DNA of 62,959 nt, filler included, from Dugesia japonica (lineage: Eukaryota): the NCBI GenBank assembly GCA_001938525.1. It is 6 parts of 6 records of this genome, joined end to end, with 100 filler letters (N's around TTAATTAATTAA, not from the genome) between each part and the next. Parts side by side here need not be neighbours in the genome. Positions count along the whole stretch, not along the records: positions 1 to 13,577 come from MQRL01584519.1; 5 more parts are not named here. One strand, 5' to 3'. The notes beneath the pieces are model-generated. The model was not told the origin of the DNA and did not search any database. It saw only the letters and a program-made list of their open reading frames with translations. Numbering within the stretch: position 1 is the stretch's first letter; the number at the start of each line of letters is the position of its first letter. Positions 1-11,321 of this stretch are shown here, piece by piece. The position numbers were made by a program, and so were the translations under genes.

Positions 1-1762
1 AATTTTACTCCACTCTTTAACGAAAAAGAAATTCGAACGTATTTATTAGTCAATTACCGGACTCTCGTTAACTTACGAAAAATATTATCAGGCAAGAAGT
101 AATCACCGTCAGGAGGAAACTTTCTAGTAATTTCTAATAAATTGGGCATTAATTAACCTTACTTCAAGGATAAGAAAAGTAACCAGTGGATCCTAGACCA
201 GAAAATTAGTTATCCGAGGTACCCGATTGTATTAGTCACTACCGATTGCGAGCACTGTTGCAGAAACCTTACTATTATTATCGAAAAGTAAAATTTTTTT
301 ATCTAAGATTATTATCATTGAATGATGAAGTATAAATATTATGCTTTAATAAATATACAAATTAAATAATTCTTTTGTTAATTTCTAAATTGAAGACCAA
401 TTGTTAAATTGGGCGAGNAAAATTATGGAAAAAAGAATTTGTAAGCTATTAATTCTCAATTATTAAAAGATGGTACTGACAGCAATTTTTGCCTTGCTAG
501 GTTAATAAAAAAATTATAATTGAAAAACCACACTCAAACGTATAAATATCCGTATACTATCAAGTAGCATAATTAAATATGTAATTTTATTTATTATTTT
601 AAGATTCAAACCGAAAAAAAATTAAGATGCTAATAATTTATTTATATAAAATTGTTACCTACAATATTATTGAAAAAACATAAATCCCAGAATTTCTATA
701 ATTAATTCTCCAACAATAAGAATAATGCATTACACTTTCAGGCAAATTCCATTGATTTCGTGGTTGTCTTGTGTCTTTTGTAACTCGGCATGAATGGGAA
801 ATAAAAATCTTGCTACTGATTATCTTAATTAGTTTTTGAATACTAAAAGACTGGCATGTCGATAAACTCCTAAGGAAAACGAAACAACACAACAGGCGAT
901 TGCGTATGTATGCATACTGAGAGAATCCCATCATCCATTTGATGTTTCCACACAGCTTAAAATTTTCTGTTGGTGTGCTCCCACACACAGTCTAACAAAC
1001 CTGCGGGAAGACCATTCTACTAAGGCAACAGTTGCTAAGTAACTCTCATAGTATACCGAAATTTAAAAATAATTTCTTTAGAATACCAAGAAAGGAAAAT
1101 ATTATGATTAAAATTAAATCTATGATCCATAAATAAATAGATAATAGTTGATTTCTTTAATATTACCGATAATTTAAATCTTGCTACTTGCTAAATTAAT
1201 ATGGATAATGATAAATTCAATTTAATAAAGTAATTACTTGAGGGAAGTTGAAAATAAAGTAATTAAGGTATCAAACTACCAGTATCACTGATCTTCCGAT
1301 TTTTTATTATATCCACCAATCTTATTAATTTAATTATTATTGTACTCCTAGTATTAACGCTATAATTTTTAGTATTATTATTACTTTGATTAGGATTATA
1401 CAAGTATTATCATTAGTCAACGCGGTTGTTGTTAACGAAACTACTTATAAGAGATTGTCACCATAATTATATTTACTTTCCATAATATTCTGAGAGTGGA
1501 AAAGTTTTTATCCACCTTCTCTGAGAAAGAGAAGGGTTAGAATAACCATTTTTTCTCTAACCATTTCTCTAACCACCGAGAATGGTTAGCATTCTCGGTC
1601 CTTCTCCTGCCCATCCAGGTTAACCTTCGTAACTTTATGAATAAAAATTGAAAGTAACTATATATTTTTTCTATTACTCTATTCTGTAAGTTTCCAAGTG
1701 TTGTTCCATATCTAAGCTCTGTGACTCTAGGTAAAGTTTTATTTTATTTCTCCTTTTAGTAA

Positions 1763-1918
1763 ATGCCAGCAGAACTACGCCATATGCTACACTGGATCAG
1801 ACAACAACGCCGAGCCGTTAGATTGAAACAATTACTAGCACACTATTTAACGAAAGGCCAGGTGGAACATCCCGACGAGACTGATCTCCAGTGTTTCGTC
1901 GAGATGTTTCCGCTCTAA
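1763..1918 (+). CDS. Family A module D, 51-aa ORF (MPAELRHMLHW...VEHPDETDLQCFVEMFPL)
   Basis: Pyrimidine tract plus AG at 1758-1759, ATG 1763, TAA 1918, AATAAA near 1945. A homolog (VEHPEEQD...EMIPL) lies at ~25275-25330. Confidence 0.5.
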   Translation: MPAELRHMLHWIRQQRRAVRLKQLLAHYLTKGQVEHPDETDLQCFVEMFPL

Positions 1919-2132
1919 CACAAAGTGGATATAGATGAAGAGTAATAAATCGCTCTAAATCATTGTGAAATCACTCATACAGAAATACATTTGTTCTTGT
2001 GTTATTTTAAATGCAAATCTTGTAAAATAAATCTTAGAACTCATTTTTATTTTGTAAAACACTCNTCAAATAAATTCTTACACCTTGGTCGTTAAATATA
2101 GCCTCACTGGTTGTTATTTTAGAATCGGCATT

Positions 2133-2558
2133 ATGGAATTCAAATGGGATGTGAGTCTGGATATTCATTTGGGCCGAACGGCATTTAAACGATACCAAAA
2201 CCCGTATAATCGTGACGCCGGCGTTCTAATCGATNNNNNNNNNNNNNNNNNNNNNNNNNNNNNNNNNNNNNNNNNNNNNNNNNNNNNNNNNNNNNNNNNN
2301 NNNNNNNNNNNNNNNNNNNNNNNNNNNNNNNNNNNNNNNNNNNNNNNNNNNNNNNNNNNNNNNNNNNNNNNNNNNNNNNNNNNNNNNNNNNNNNNNNNNN
2401 NNNNNNNNNNNNNNNNNNNNNNNNNNNNNNNNNNNNNNNNNNNNNNNNNNNNNNNATTATCCTCCTTTGTTCAAAACTACCTTTGGAGTGCTCGAAATGA
2501 GGCTTCTAATAGCAACAATGAAAATACCGAAAAAGAAATTGCAGAGGTTTCCGTGTAA
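2133..2558 (+). CDS. Family A module C ORF (MEFKW...YQNPYNRDAGVLID...), interrupted by an N gap
   Basis: Acceptor AG 2121-2122, stop 2558, AATAAA 2572. Homologs YYNPHNRVAGILVD (~5140) and VQNPFNRDAGIL (~25495). Confidence 0.55.
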   Translation: MEFKWDVSLDIHLGRTAFKRYQNPYNRDAGVLIDXXXXXXXXXXXXXXXXXXXXXXXXXXXXXXXXXXXXXXXXXXXXXXXXXXXXXXXXXXXXXXXXXXXXXXXXXXLSSFVQNYLWSARNEASNSNNENTEKEIAEVSV

Positions 2559-2689
2559 TGCTGTTACATAGAATAAACATTGTTAACCAACTCATTGTTT
2601 TTCTTTTATCAATAAACCCATCTATCTTCCTTTACTAAACTATACATCAGTTAAGATCCAAACTTTCTTCATTGTATTTGTATTTTCAG

Positions 2690-3048
2690 TGCATTCTTCC
2701 TCGAATAGATCCCAAGCCCCGAATAAGAAATTACGTGAAACCAGCGAAGACATCGAGCTTACGTGGGATTTATATCGGCTGGCTAAACGGCGGTGGGAAG
2801 CTGAAACCGCAACAGCCGAGGCTAAAGTTAAACGATATAAGCGAAAGTGCTTGACTTTCAAATCAGAAATAGAAGCAACCCAGTAGCAGGAAAGGGTATG
2901 GAAAGCACAAGTCAAATCCCTCACCGAATTCGTCAAGTCATACCAGGAGCGCGAAAATCATTTAAAAGAGAAAATCCTGAAGTTGAGAACAGCCATACCC
3001 TTGCCCCTACTGTTGATAGATAAAGGTACCCAGACCAACCGCTCGTGA
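2690..3048 (+). pseudogene. Family A module A coiled-coil protein (~119 aa, one internal TAG at 2884), ends IDKGTQTNRS*
   Basis: TTTTCAG|TG acceptor. The frame continues past the TAG to TGA 3048; AATAAA 3079. Homologous to 5662-6019 and 25823-26171. Confidence 0.7.
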
Positions 3049-3163
3049 GCTATCGTGTTTACGATTTTGATTGTCTTTAATAAATTNTTTTAANTGTATC
3101 AACTCTAATTTGCTTCTCTGTTTAAAATTGGTTTTAGCTGACTTAACTATACTTTTCATTTAG

Positions 3164-3546
3164 TGCCACGAATCGTATTCCCGACAAGTTTGCAAAGGTG
3201 TCACCGGATTATGCGACGATTATTGTTAGAACGCCATTTAAAACGTAAAACCGAACAGGCCCTTCTAAGACATCTCACCCAGAGGAACCGATTAATAAAG
3301 AAATTAGATTTAATAGTCAAAAAACAGAGTGACTTGGCTGCCCAAACCATGGCTCCTGAAATACAAAATAAACAAATATTACAGCGAAAGATAGATTTCT
3401 TGAAGCAATGCATAGCCGACCTGTTCAGCCAAATGGGAAACCCGGTATGGACGCAGTGGAATGACAATGATGATACTGCCGCGTTTGACTTTTGGGGGAC
3501 TGACCCGAATCAGTGGTTAGACCCTGGAGTGATGGAAGACATATAA
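3164..3546 (+). CDS. Family A module B, 127-aa basic/helical protein with acidic Trp-containing tail (MPRIVFPTSL...QWLDPGVMEDI)
   Basis: CATTTAG|TG acceptor, open ORF. The homolog at 6140-6522 shows many synonymous differences. Confidence 0.7.
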
Positions 3547-3792
3547 GTTGTAATACTAATAGATGTTTTGATAACTTTTGTCCCATTTTGTATCTATGTC
3601 TATAAGGGAAATTAATGGACCCAAATTAAAGGTGTACGAGTGCGAACCTCCCGTAAANGTCGAAGGTCAACCACTCTGCACTGAATATCCTACTGAAGGG
3701 CGTTGGATTTAAAATTCTTGAAAGGGTTCCCGGAGGGCTGTTTTTCCCCAGCCATCCTGTTCTTACTATCTAACTCAGGTGAAACCTCAACA

Positions 3793-5057
3793 TAAGTAAT
3801 GTTTGAAATGAATACAAAATAGTAAATTGCAAGTAATTCTTTCCACGTAGTACAATATCCTTTTTCGTAAATCGTCATTGCGTGTAACCCATATGCAATT
3901 ACTCTTTCTTACCCATTGTTTTCCTTTTGAGGTATTAATTTCCTAATCGTGTCGAAACTCGCATCCATATTCAAAATAAATTCTTTATTTATATCTGGAA
4001 AACATAGAATACGAGACATCATTAGTGCTACTTTCATTTACTTAAAAACCTCTTCTAATTCATTCGCTCATTCAATTTTCTTGTTACTCAGTCCACTACC
4101 CAGTTTTTCTAGCAATCTAGCTTTTTTCGAATAATCTTTAATAAACTAGCTATAAAAATTGCAAATTCCCGGAAAGCTTCATATATTTTTAAAGCATTTT
4201 GGTTTACCAAAGTTCTTAATTGCTTCTATTTTAGTTGGATCTGTTTTGACAACTTCTTTACTGATAACGTGTCCCAAAAATTTGATCTCCCTTTGCACGA
4301 ATTGACATTTTCTGGATTAACTCTTAGACCAGCGTTCCTAATTTCTGTAAATATTTTATTGATTATTTGATAATGTTGCTCTTTTGTTTCGGTAAATATG
4401 AGAATATCGTCTAGATAAACCATCGTTCCTTTTATTTTTCCGATTAGTTTATTCATCGTTTCCTAGATCGTACCTGGTGCTGCAACAATTCCAAAAAGCA
4501 TTCTATTTAAACAGAATTGACCTTATTTAGACGAAAAAGGCGTCTTTTCTTGAGAATCTTTACTGAGTTTCGCTTGGTAGTATGCATTTCCCAAGCCAAT
4601 TGAGCTAAAATACTACGTACCTTCCAAAACATCCAGCATTTCGTCCACATTTGTTATGAGAAAAGCTTATCTTTCTGTTATTGCATTAAGCTGTCTAAAG
4701 TCTTAGCATATTCGTAAATCCTTTTTTTCCTTTTTCCAAACACAGATTGATGACGTTCTTTACTGCAAATTACACTTCCATTTGATACCATTATAGTTTC
4801 TTGATGGCCTCTTCAATCCTCTCCTCTAGATTCATTGATTAGCGATATAGTTTTATGTTAATTGGACCTCTTTAGTGGTTATTCAATGCTTCGTTAAGTG
4901 TGTGCATTCAATGTCCCATTTAGCCGCCATAAATATATATCCTCATTATTCTGAATAATCTCAGTCAATCTATGATCTTTGTTAATTTTTAGAATCTCCA
5001 TTGCATGTCTCAATAGTTCAGCCGTCTGTATCTGCCTTCCAAATTTTTCTCTATAAT
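3793..5057 (-). mobile_element. Degenerate Ty3/Gypsy pol: reverse transcriptase and start of RNase H
   Basis: YLDD motif (MVYLDDILIF), EKGYCTTWKELLAI RNase H motif, frameshifts. Collinear with 23100-24390. Confidence 0.9.
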
Positions 5058-5661
5058 TGTTGGGGTGAAACACCCAGCTGAAGGAAAATATGAAGGAAAG
5101 GGTCATAGACCGAAGAAGTCGTCGAGTCTTTTTCCGGCGGTACTATAATCCACACAACCGCGTTGCCGGGATCTTAGTCGACAGGTCAAATTTACCTCCT
5201 GTCGAATCGATCGTCGAGCGCATCAGAGATTTTGGTGAGCGACAACGGTACTAGACGTGGTCAGGCCCTGATCGTACCCTGGTAACTTCTTTTCGTTACC
5301 AGTCTCTCCCTCCAACTCCAGCTCCCGCAGTACATGCTTTCATTACTAACCTGCTCTGGGGATAAGAGAGCCCACGGGTAGTGAAGACTCCGAAAACACC
5401 GCACCCGTGTCGGATGTATCAGCTCCTCCCCAGTGACTTATAAGGTGACCTATAATAAAATTGGCTCGGCTAAATTATATGTTAAACGTGTTGTCATTCT
5501 TAATAGATTTTTGTGTGTTTTGATCTCAGATGGTTTCCTAGGTGTATAAGTAGTTTTAGGTCATATATAACTTAGTAATCAGATTTATGACTACTATGTC
5601 GTTTTGGAACATAACTTTCTCTATTTTCGATAATATATATATATATATTTTCTCTTTTTAG

Positions 5662-6019
5662 TGCATTCCTCCTTAAACCGCCCCCCAGCTCCTACTAAAA
5701 AAATCCGTGATACCAGTGAGGACCTCGAACTCAACTGGGATTTATACCGGTTAGCAACATGCCGATGGGAAGCTGAGGTAGCGCAGCCCGTAGTAAAGTC
5801 CTCCGTTATAAGAAAAAGTGTGTTCACTTTAAAAAGGAAGCCGAGGCCTCCTATTTACTGGAGCGCCCTTGGAAAAAACAAGTGGAATCTTTTTCGGAAA
5901 TTATCCGGTCCGGCCATGACCGAGAAAATAAACTGGTTACTGATATCTTGCTTCTCCGGGAGAAAATCCCACTCGAGCCACTAATGATCGACAAAAGTAC
6001 TCAGACCAACCGCTCCTAG
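5662..6019 (+). pseudogene. Family A module A, copy 2 (one frameshift near 5783), ends MIDKSTQTNRS*
   Basis: TTTTTAG|TG acceptor; SEDLELNWDLYRLA shared with copy 1; TAG 6019, AATAAA 6046. Confidence 0.7.
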
Positions 6020-6139
6020 CTTGTTATTGCATTATTGTTTGAATTAATAAATTATTTAATTGTATCAAATTCTTCTGTTACTTGTTTTTCCCGAGTCGTA
6101 GATTAAGTATTCATGAATTTAATTTCACTTTTTCTTTAG

Positions 6140-6522
6140 TGCCTAGAATCGTGTTTCCTACTAGTTTGAGAAGGTGCCACCGCATCCTACGCCGCCTATT
6201 ATTAGAGTGACACTTAAAACGCAAAGCAGACCGAGCTCTTCTTAAGCACCTTGACCAGAGGAATCAACTCATCAAGAAATTGGATTTGGTAGTCCGTAAG
6301 CAAAACGACTTGGCAATCCAAACCAAAGCCCTAGAGGCAGAGACCAGGAAGTTACTGTTAAGAAAAATAGAATTTTTAAAACAATACATCTCTGACCTTT
6401 CCAGACAGATTGGGAATCCAGCCTGGATTCATTGGAACGATGACGAAGATGTCGTCGCCTTCAATTTTACAATAGACGAGCCAGATCAATGGCTAGACCC
6501 TAGCGTAATAAACGATCTATAA
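6140..6522 (+). pseudogene. Family A module B, copy 2 (CGA>TGA stop at ~6208)
   Basis: TTCTTTAG|TG acceptor; aligns without gaps to 3164-3546; AATAAA near 6533. Confidence 0.7.
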
Positions 6523-6762
6523 ATGTTATATTAATAAATGTTCCAAGAGGTATTGGTTTAAATTTTTGTGTAAAGTAAGGGAAATTATTGAACCCAAATA
6601 TAAAGGTTTGTGGGCGTGCACCTCCCATTAAGAGTGAGGTCAACCACCATGAACTGAATATCTACCCTAAGGGCGGTAGGTTAAATTCTTGAACGGGTTC
6701 CCCTAAGGGTTGTTTTCCCCAGCACACGATAATTTTCACTCAACTCAGGTGGGACCCCAACA

Positions 6763-8001
6763 TAATTATTGATGTCTACCTTGCACTTTTTCTGAATATG
6801 ATACACAAAAGTATTCTGTAATTCAACTCCACCAATTAAATCTGGTATTAATTTCTCCACTATAATAAATGTTACTTCCTTGCACACCTTTGAAACTACA
6901 ACTTCGACACGTATCTTTCCAATCGTCTCCTGTGAGCTGTTATTCGCGCAATGCAATAGTTCCTCGATTTTCTCTAACATTATTTCTCCGTGTCTATTAA
7001 ATCCTTTCATGCTCATCACATTTATTCTTGCTCCTGTATCCAATAAACACTCAAACTGTTCACCCTTGATCATCACTGAAAGGCTGGGTCTCCTTTGCAT
7101 TTTATCATACGAAATTTCTGCCTTCTGTTTTTCTTCAATTATTCCTATCACTTCTGCTTTGTTAACTTCCGCATCATCGAAAATTTCTCTATTTAGGAAT
7201 CTGTAAACTTTTTCTCTCACTTTATTTATCTCATCCCATTTCTCGGCCTCTTGAGGATATTTAAACGTTATCTCGTTTAATGGATGGCTCCAACCAACTC
7301 CTATTATTAATGTTTAATTATTAATGTTTTTATTAATGTTCGAATACATTCTTCTGCTCTGTGACCTGGTATTTTACATCTACGGCTTACAATTTCTGTG
7401 AACATCCTTTTGACATGACCCATCTTACTACACCTAAAACATTTTGGTGCTTTCTTGTCTGCCCTTTTTGTGACAAGTCCAACACTCCACATGAGAATTT
7501 TTAAACACTCTCTTATTGTATGCCCATAACTCTGGCATGTTCAACACTGTAGTTCTGTTCTTTTTGTAACTATATCAATATTTTGTCTCCTTTCTCCGAA
7601 ACGTTCTCCACGTGTTACACCAGTATAACTCTTTACTATGTTAATAAGTTCTCGTCTTTCTATTTTTTCAATCAAAGATAACATTTCCTTAATGTCTTCT
7701 ACTTTCTTCAATTTTCGCATGATAATCTCTTCTTCTGCTTTTTTACTATATGCACAAATTACTAGCACTTTTGATAAGAGTTTTTCTTTCTTTAGCTCTT
7801 CATGTGCTAAAAATGTATCGACCAAATCTTCCATTTTTTTATAAAACGCCTCAAATTTCATCACCATGTTGATGGCTTTCAATATTCTGTAAATCTTTTA
7901 TTATGTCTCTTGCTCTCAAAAGCTAATCGCAATCTCTCTCGATTTCCATCAGTTTTCTTCAATGTCTTTACATATACATCTGTTTGGCTGAAACAACCTT
8001 T
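6763..8001 (-). mobile_element. Degenerate Ty3/Gypsy gag (zinc knuckles) and aspartic protease; continuation of 3793-5057
   Basis: LLDTGARINV protease motif; CFRCSKMGH and CKIPGHRAEEC knuckles. Confidence 0.9.
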
Positions 8002-9050
8002 TGTGAAATATGGAAACCAGTGAAGGAAATAAATTAAAGGTTAATATGAAAATGAATAAGAATAAGAAATAAGAAATAAAAGAAATATTGATCTATAAAA
8101 TAATAAGGAAAAGATTATTAAATAATAATAACTGAAGTTAACAAGTTTAAGAAATATCAAACAAAATCTAGGGTAAAACAATAAAAAGAAAATAAAGTTG
8201 TATAAAGCTGTTGAGAAAAGGAAGAATTGAATAAATATTAAAATCTACAATGATTGAAGATAATCAATAATTAGATGGCTAAGGTAAAATGTGCTCAGAA
8301 AATAAGTCAAAGTGATCGAAAAGAAGAATGTGAATAAAACAAGGAATATCTATTATTAATTATAATTTGTTTAAATGTGTTGAAAGTATCCATGTTATAA
8401 AAATAAAATTATATTGATGAGAGAAAAAGAAAGATTAAAACAAATAATCATATTAAAATATTTTGATATTTTAGAGAGAAATTATAGGGGAAAACAAAAT
8501 AAATCATCATGATCATTATAAATAATAAAATAATAGATTATGAGTCAGGTTTAAAAACAAGAATTGTATTATTATTATAATTTTAGAAAAAATATAAAAT
8601 GTGAAATTATTATTATTATCGATAAATATAATTAAAATTATTATTATTGAATAAATATAATTATTTATAATGAACCCGGATGAATTATAACAAGAAAATT
8701 ATATGTAGAAGAAGATCTGATGATTTTGTGTAAGAATTTAGGATTGATATGTTTATATTTGCATGTGATTGTGGAGTTATCGCTATTTCTAAAACCCTTA
8801 CAAGTTTCAGAAAATTATTATTTTTTAAGAAAAATAATTATTTTTTTTAAGCCTCTCCACTTGAGGAAAAAAATATAGAACATCTGTGAGCACATAATCC
8901 ACTACAGAATTAACAAAAAATAAAAATAATCACGCCCATATTTGGACATCTCTGTAGAAGCTATGGGTGAACAACGTACGATTTCTTGCATTAGCAGAAA
9001 TCTGAAGTGGACGCCAACTGTGACTGTCAAAATTTGACGATACAGTGAGG

Positions 9051-9181
9051 TATAAAAGGCAAAGCAAATTTCTGTAGAATCAGACTAAAAATTTTCATTT
9101 TAAACTCTTGTTCACTTATTGTTAAAAGTGCCAAGTAGAATTCTCTCACATTGAAGGATCGGAACAAATCAAAAAGTAATT
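9051..9181 (+). promoter_or_regulatory. TATA box, putative start site (~9080) and non-coding leader ending AAATCAAAAA|GTAATT (donor 9175/9176)
   Basis: TATAAAAG at 9051, TCAG initiator-like sequence ~30 nt downstream, no ATG before a GTAAT donor. Confidence 0.4.
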
Positions 9182-10382
9182 CGAGTCATTTTATTTTTTT
9201 TAAAATCATTTATTCGACTATAAAGAGGGACTGAGGTGATGATCACTACTCATTAGCTTTGCTAGCAGTGGTGGCCGACACCGTTCAGCCATTCACTTCA
9301 CGAGATCATCCACCACGAGTCACCATGAGTTATGATGAGTTTTGTTACAGATGTTACGATAATATATGATTATGCTGTCCATGTTTATGAAGATATGAGA
9401 TGAAATTGAATAGTTAATTATAATTGTGAGACAAAGATTATATGATGATGATAAGACTGTAAAAGACATGAGTTGATAAGTGTTAATAAGCGAGGATAGT
9501 ATTATGAGAGAGAGGATAACGAGAACTGATAGTGAGTAAATGATAATGAGAGATATACGATTGTGAAAGGAGTAATACGGGTGATGAGAGAATGTTTATA
9601 AAAGTTTTGTGCTCAAATGTCGAATAGAAAGAGATGATGCTAACATCGGGCTCTGAAAGAGTTGTTTTTAAATATGGAAGAGTTGTTGACAGTTGATAGA
9701 TAAATATGATGAAAATGTATTAATAGATTTGAGTAGGAAAGAGATGTGGTTAGGTGGTGGTGTGGTTGAATTCTCTCATGATAATTTATTTTTCTATAAT
9801 GATTTTCTGGTGTATATTGACAAGTGGTAGTGTAAATGTGATGAAAATATCAATTTGGTTTATGTTTATGNNNNNNNNNNNNNNNNNNNNNNNNNNNNNN
9901 NNNNNNNNNNNNNNNNNNNNNNNNNNNNNNNNNNNNNNNNNNNNNNNNNNNNNNNNCAGGAGGACCATCTGACAGTTGGAGGGATGTGGATCGTCATTAA
10001 CATATTGTTCAAATGAAAGTTTAATCGAAACAAAAATTGTGATGACACGATAGAAGATATGATAATGAATGAGTAGCAATGAGGTGTATATGAATGAATG
10101 CAAGTAACATGATGATCCACGTCCAACCATAATGACGGATGATTGATGCATGTGATGCCAAAAGATAATTCCGTAATTATTATTTTATTATTCCACCATT
10201 GTTATATAAATACCTAATCGTGTAGCATTAGTTGTATTTTCTATATAGATAACTACGCAAATCACCAAGACAGAAGCTATACAATCATTGAAATCAGATA
10301 GATGCGTCTTCTAATCAAACATCACCAACAACATGCCAAACTCGTTGAGTTCAATCGGTGAATACAGAACCAATATCGATCC

Positions 10383-10757
10383 GTGGCGGATAACACAGGA
10401 TCGCCTTTGACAAAAGATCAAGATTTGCTAACTATGAAGGAGCAATTGAATCAACAACAGGAGTTACTGAAACAGAAGTCAGCGATAATCGATGACTTAC
10501 AGAAGAGGATAGAACAGCAAGATCAGGAATATAATGATCGAATAGCGGACATCACAATCGAACAAGAGCGTCGGGAAAAAGGGCTGGTATCTTTGCTCAT
10601 TTGCTCTACAGAACTGAATCGACATCAACAACACCTAATTTCGGCACACCTCGGAACAGAAGAGTATACTACAATGTCAGATCGTTTAAATACTACAATA
10701 GAGACGGCGCTTCGACAAGTCCTGATGCAATCTGATGAAACTTTGAATATCTCCTAA
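10383..10757 (+). CDS. Family B coiled-coil ORF (QLNQQQELLKQKSAIIDDLQKRIEQQ...ERREKGLV)
   Basis: Open 124 codons with heptad-like Q/E/K/L composition; candidate acceptor upstream at 10247-10248; true start uncertain. Confidence 0.5.
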   Translation: MADNTGSPLTKDQDLLTMKEQLNQQQELLKQKSAIIDDLQKRIEQQDQEYNDRIADITIEQERREKGLVSLLICSTELNRHQQHLISAHLGTEEYTTMSDRLNTTIETALRQVLMQSDETLNIS

Positions 10758-10965
10758 ACTTTGTTGTGATTCATATGTGATGTATGTGGTAAAATCAATA
10801 TAGTTTTCGATCTAGCATTTTTATGTTTTCGACTTCTTTGTCCAGTTAAACAGAATTAAAGATAAAATTATATGAGAATTATATTAATTCCGATTTATAA
10901 ATGTCTTCTTTATATAAATATGATGAACAATGCAATAAGCAATTTTAACGTTTTACTTATTGTAG

Positions 10966-11321
10966 TGTCTGAGGCCAAAAAGTTAACCGCGGAAACTTCG
11001 CTAGCGGACATTCACAGAAAATGGGTATCGGTACAAAAGAAATCGCAAAGCGAAATAACTGAACTACAACGGAAGAACTTATCATCAGGAGAAACCAATA
11101 CCAAGTTAAAAGAGAGAGATCTAGCCCTGTCCCAGTCTTGTCGAGAGATGACCGATATCGTCAAGGCCTATGCTGATAGAGAAGGAGTATTAATATCTAC
11201 GGTGAGGATATTAGCACAAGTTTCGAAGTCGGAGAAAGGAATCTCAAAGGAACAGCCCAGGAAGTCATTGAATTGGATGTATGAGAAACATTGGATGGGT
11301 GATAAATATAGATACGAATAA
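10966..11321 (+). CDS. Family B coiled-coil module ((M)SEAKKLTAETSL...MTDIVKAYADREGVL...)
   Basis: TTGTAG|TG acceptor in frame; TAA overlaps AATAAA 11317-11322; resembles module A (LTEFVKSYQERENHL). Confidence 0.6.

Larger units (their letters stand above)
1750..3792 (+). mobile_element. LTR-like element, family A copy 1; 3' end defined, 5' end not located; carries modules D, C, A, B
   Basis: Ends ...CTCAGGTGAAACCTCAACA (3792), matching the ends of the copies at 6762 and 26792. Immediately followed by Gypsy RNase H sequence (TAAGTAATGTTTGAAATG, cf. the uninterrupted copy near 23100). Confidence 0.75.
5058..6762 (+). mobile_element. LTR-like element, family A copy 2 (solo, internally deleted) with 4-bp TSD TAAT
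   Basis: Termini TGTTGGGGT...ACCCCAACA (9-bp inverted repeat). TAAT at 5054-5057 and 6763-6766. Removing the element restores the Gypsy sequence seen intact at ~24380-24410. Confidence 0.85.

Noticed and set aside
659-988. 109-aa minus-strand ORF
   Set aside because: No recognisable motif or second copy, non-ATG start; cannot be supported.
2672-2854. Alternative frame of module A that a full-AUG spliced leader would open
   Set aside because: Stops after four codons in copy 2; conservation is in the other frame.
5058-6762. Ginger-type DNA transposon interpretation (TGT..ACA, 4-bp TSD)
   Set aside because: The inverted repeat is only ~9 bp and no integrase lies inside; LTR is preferred, but this is not fully excluded.
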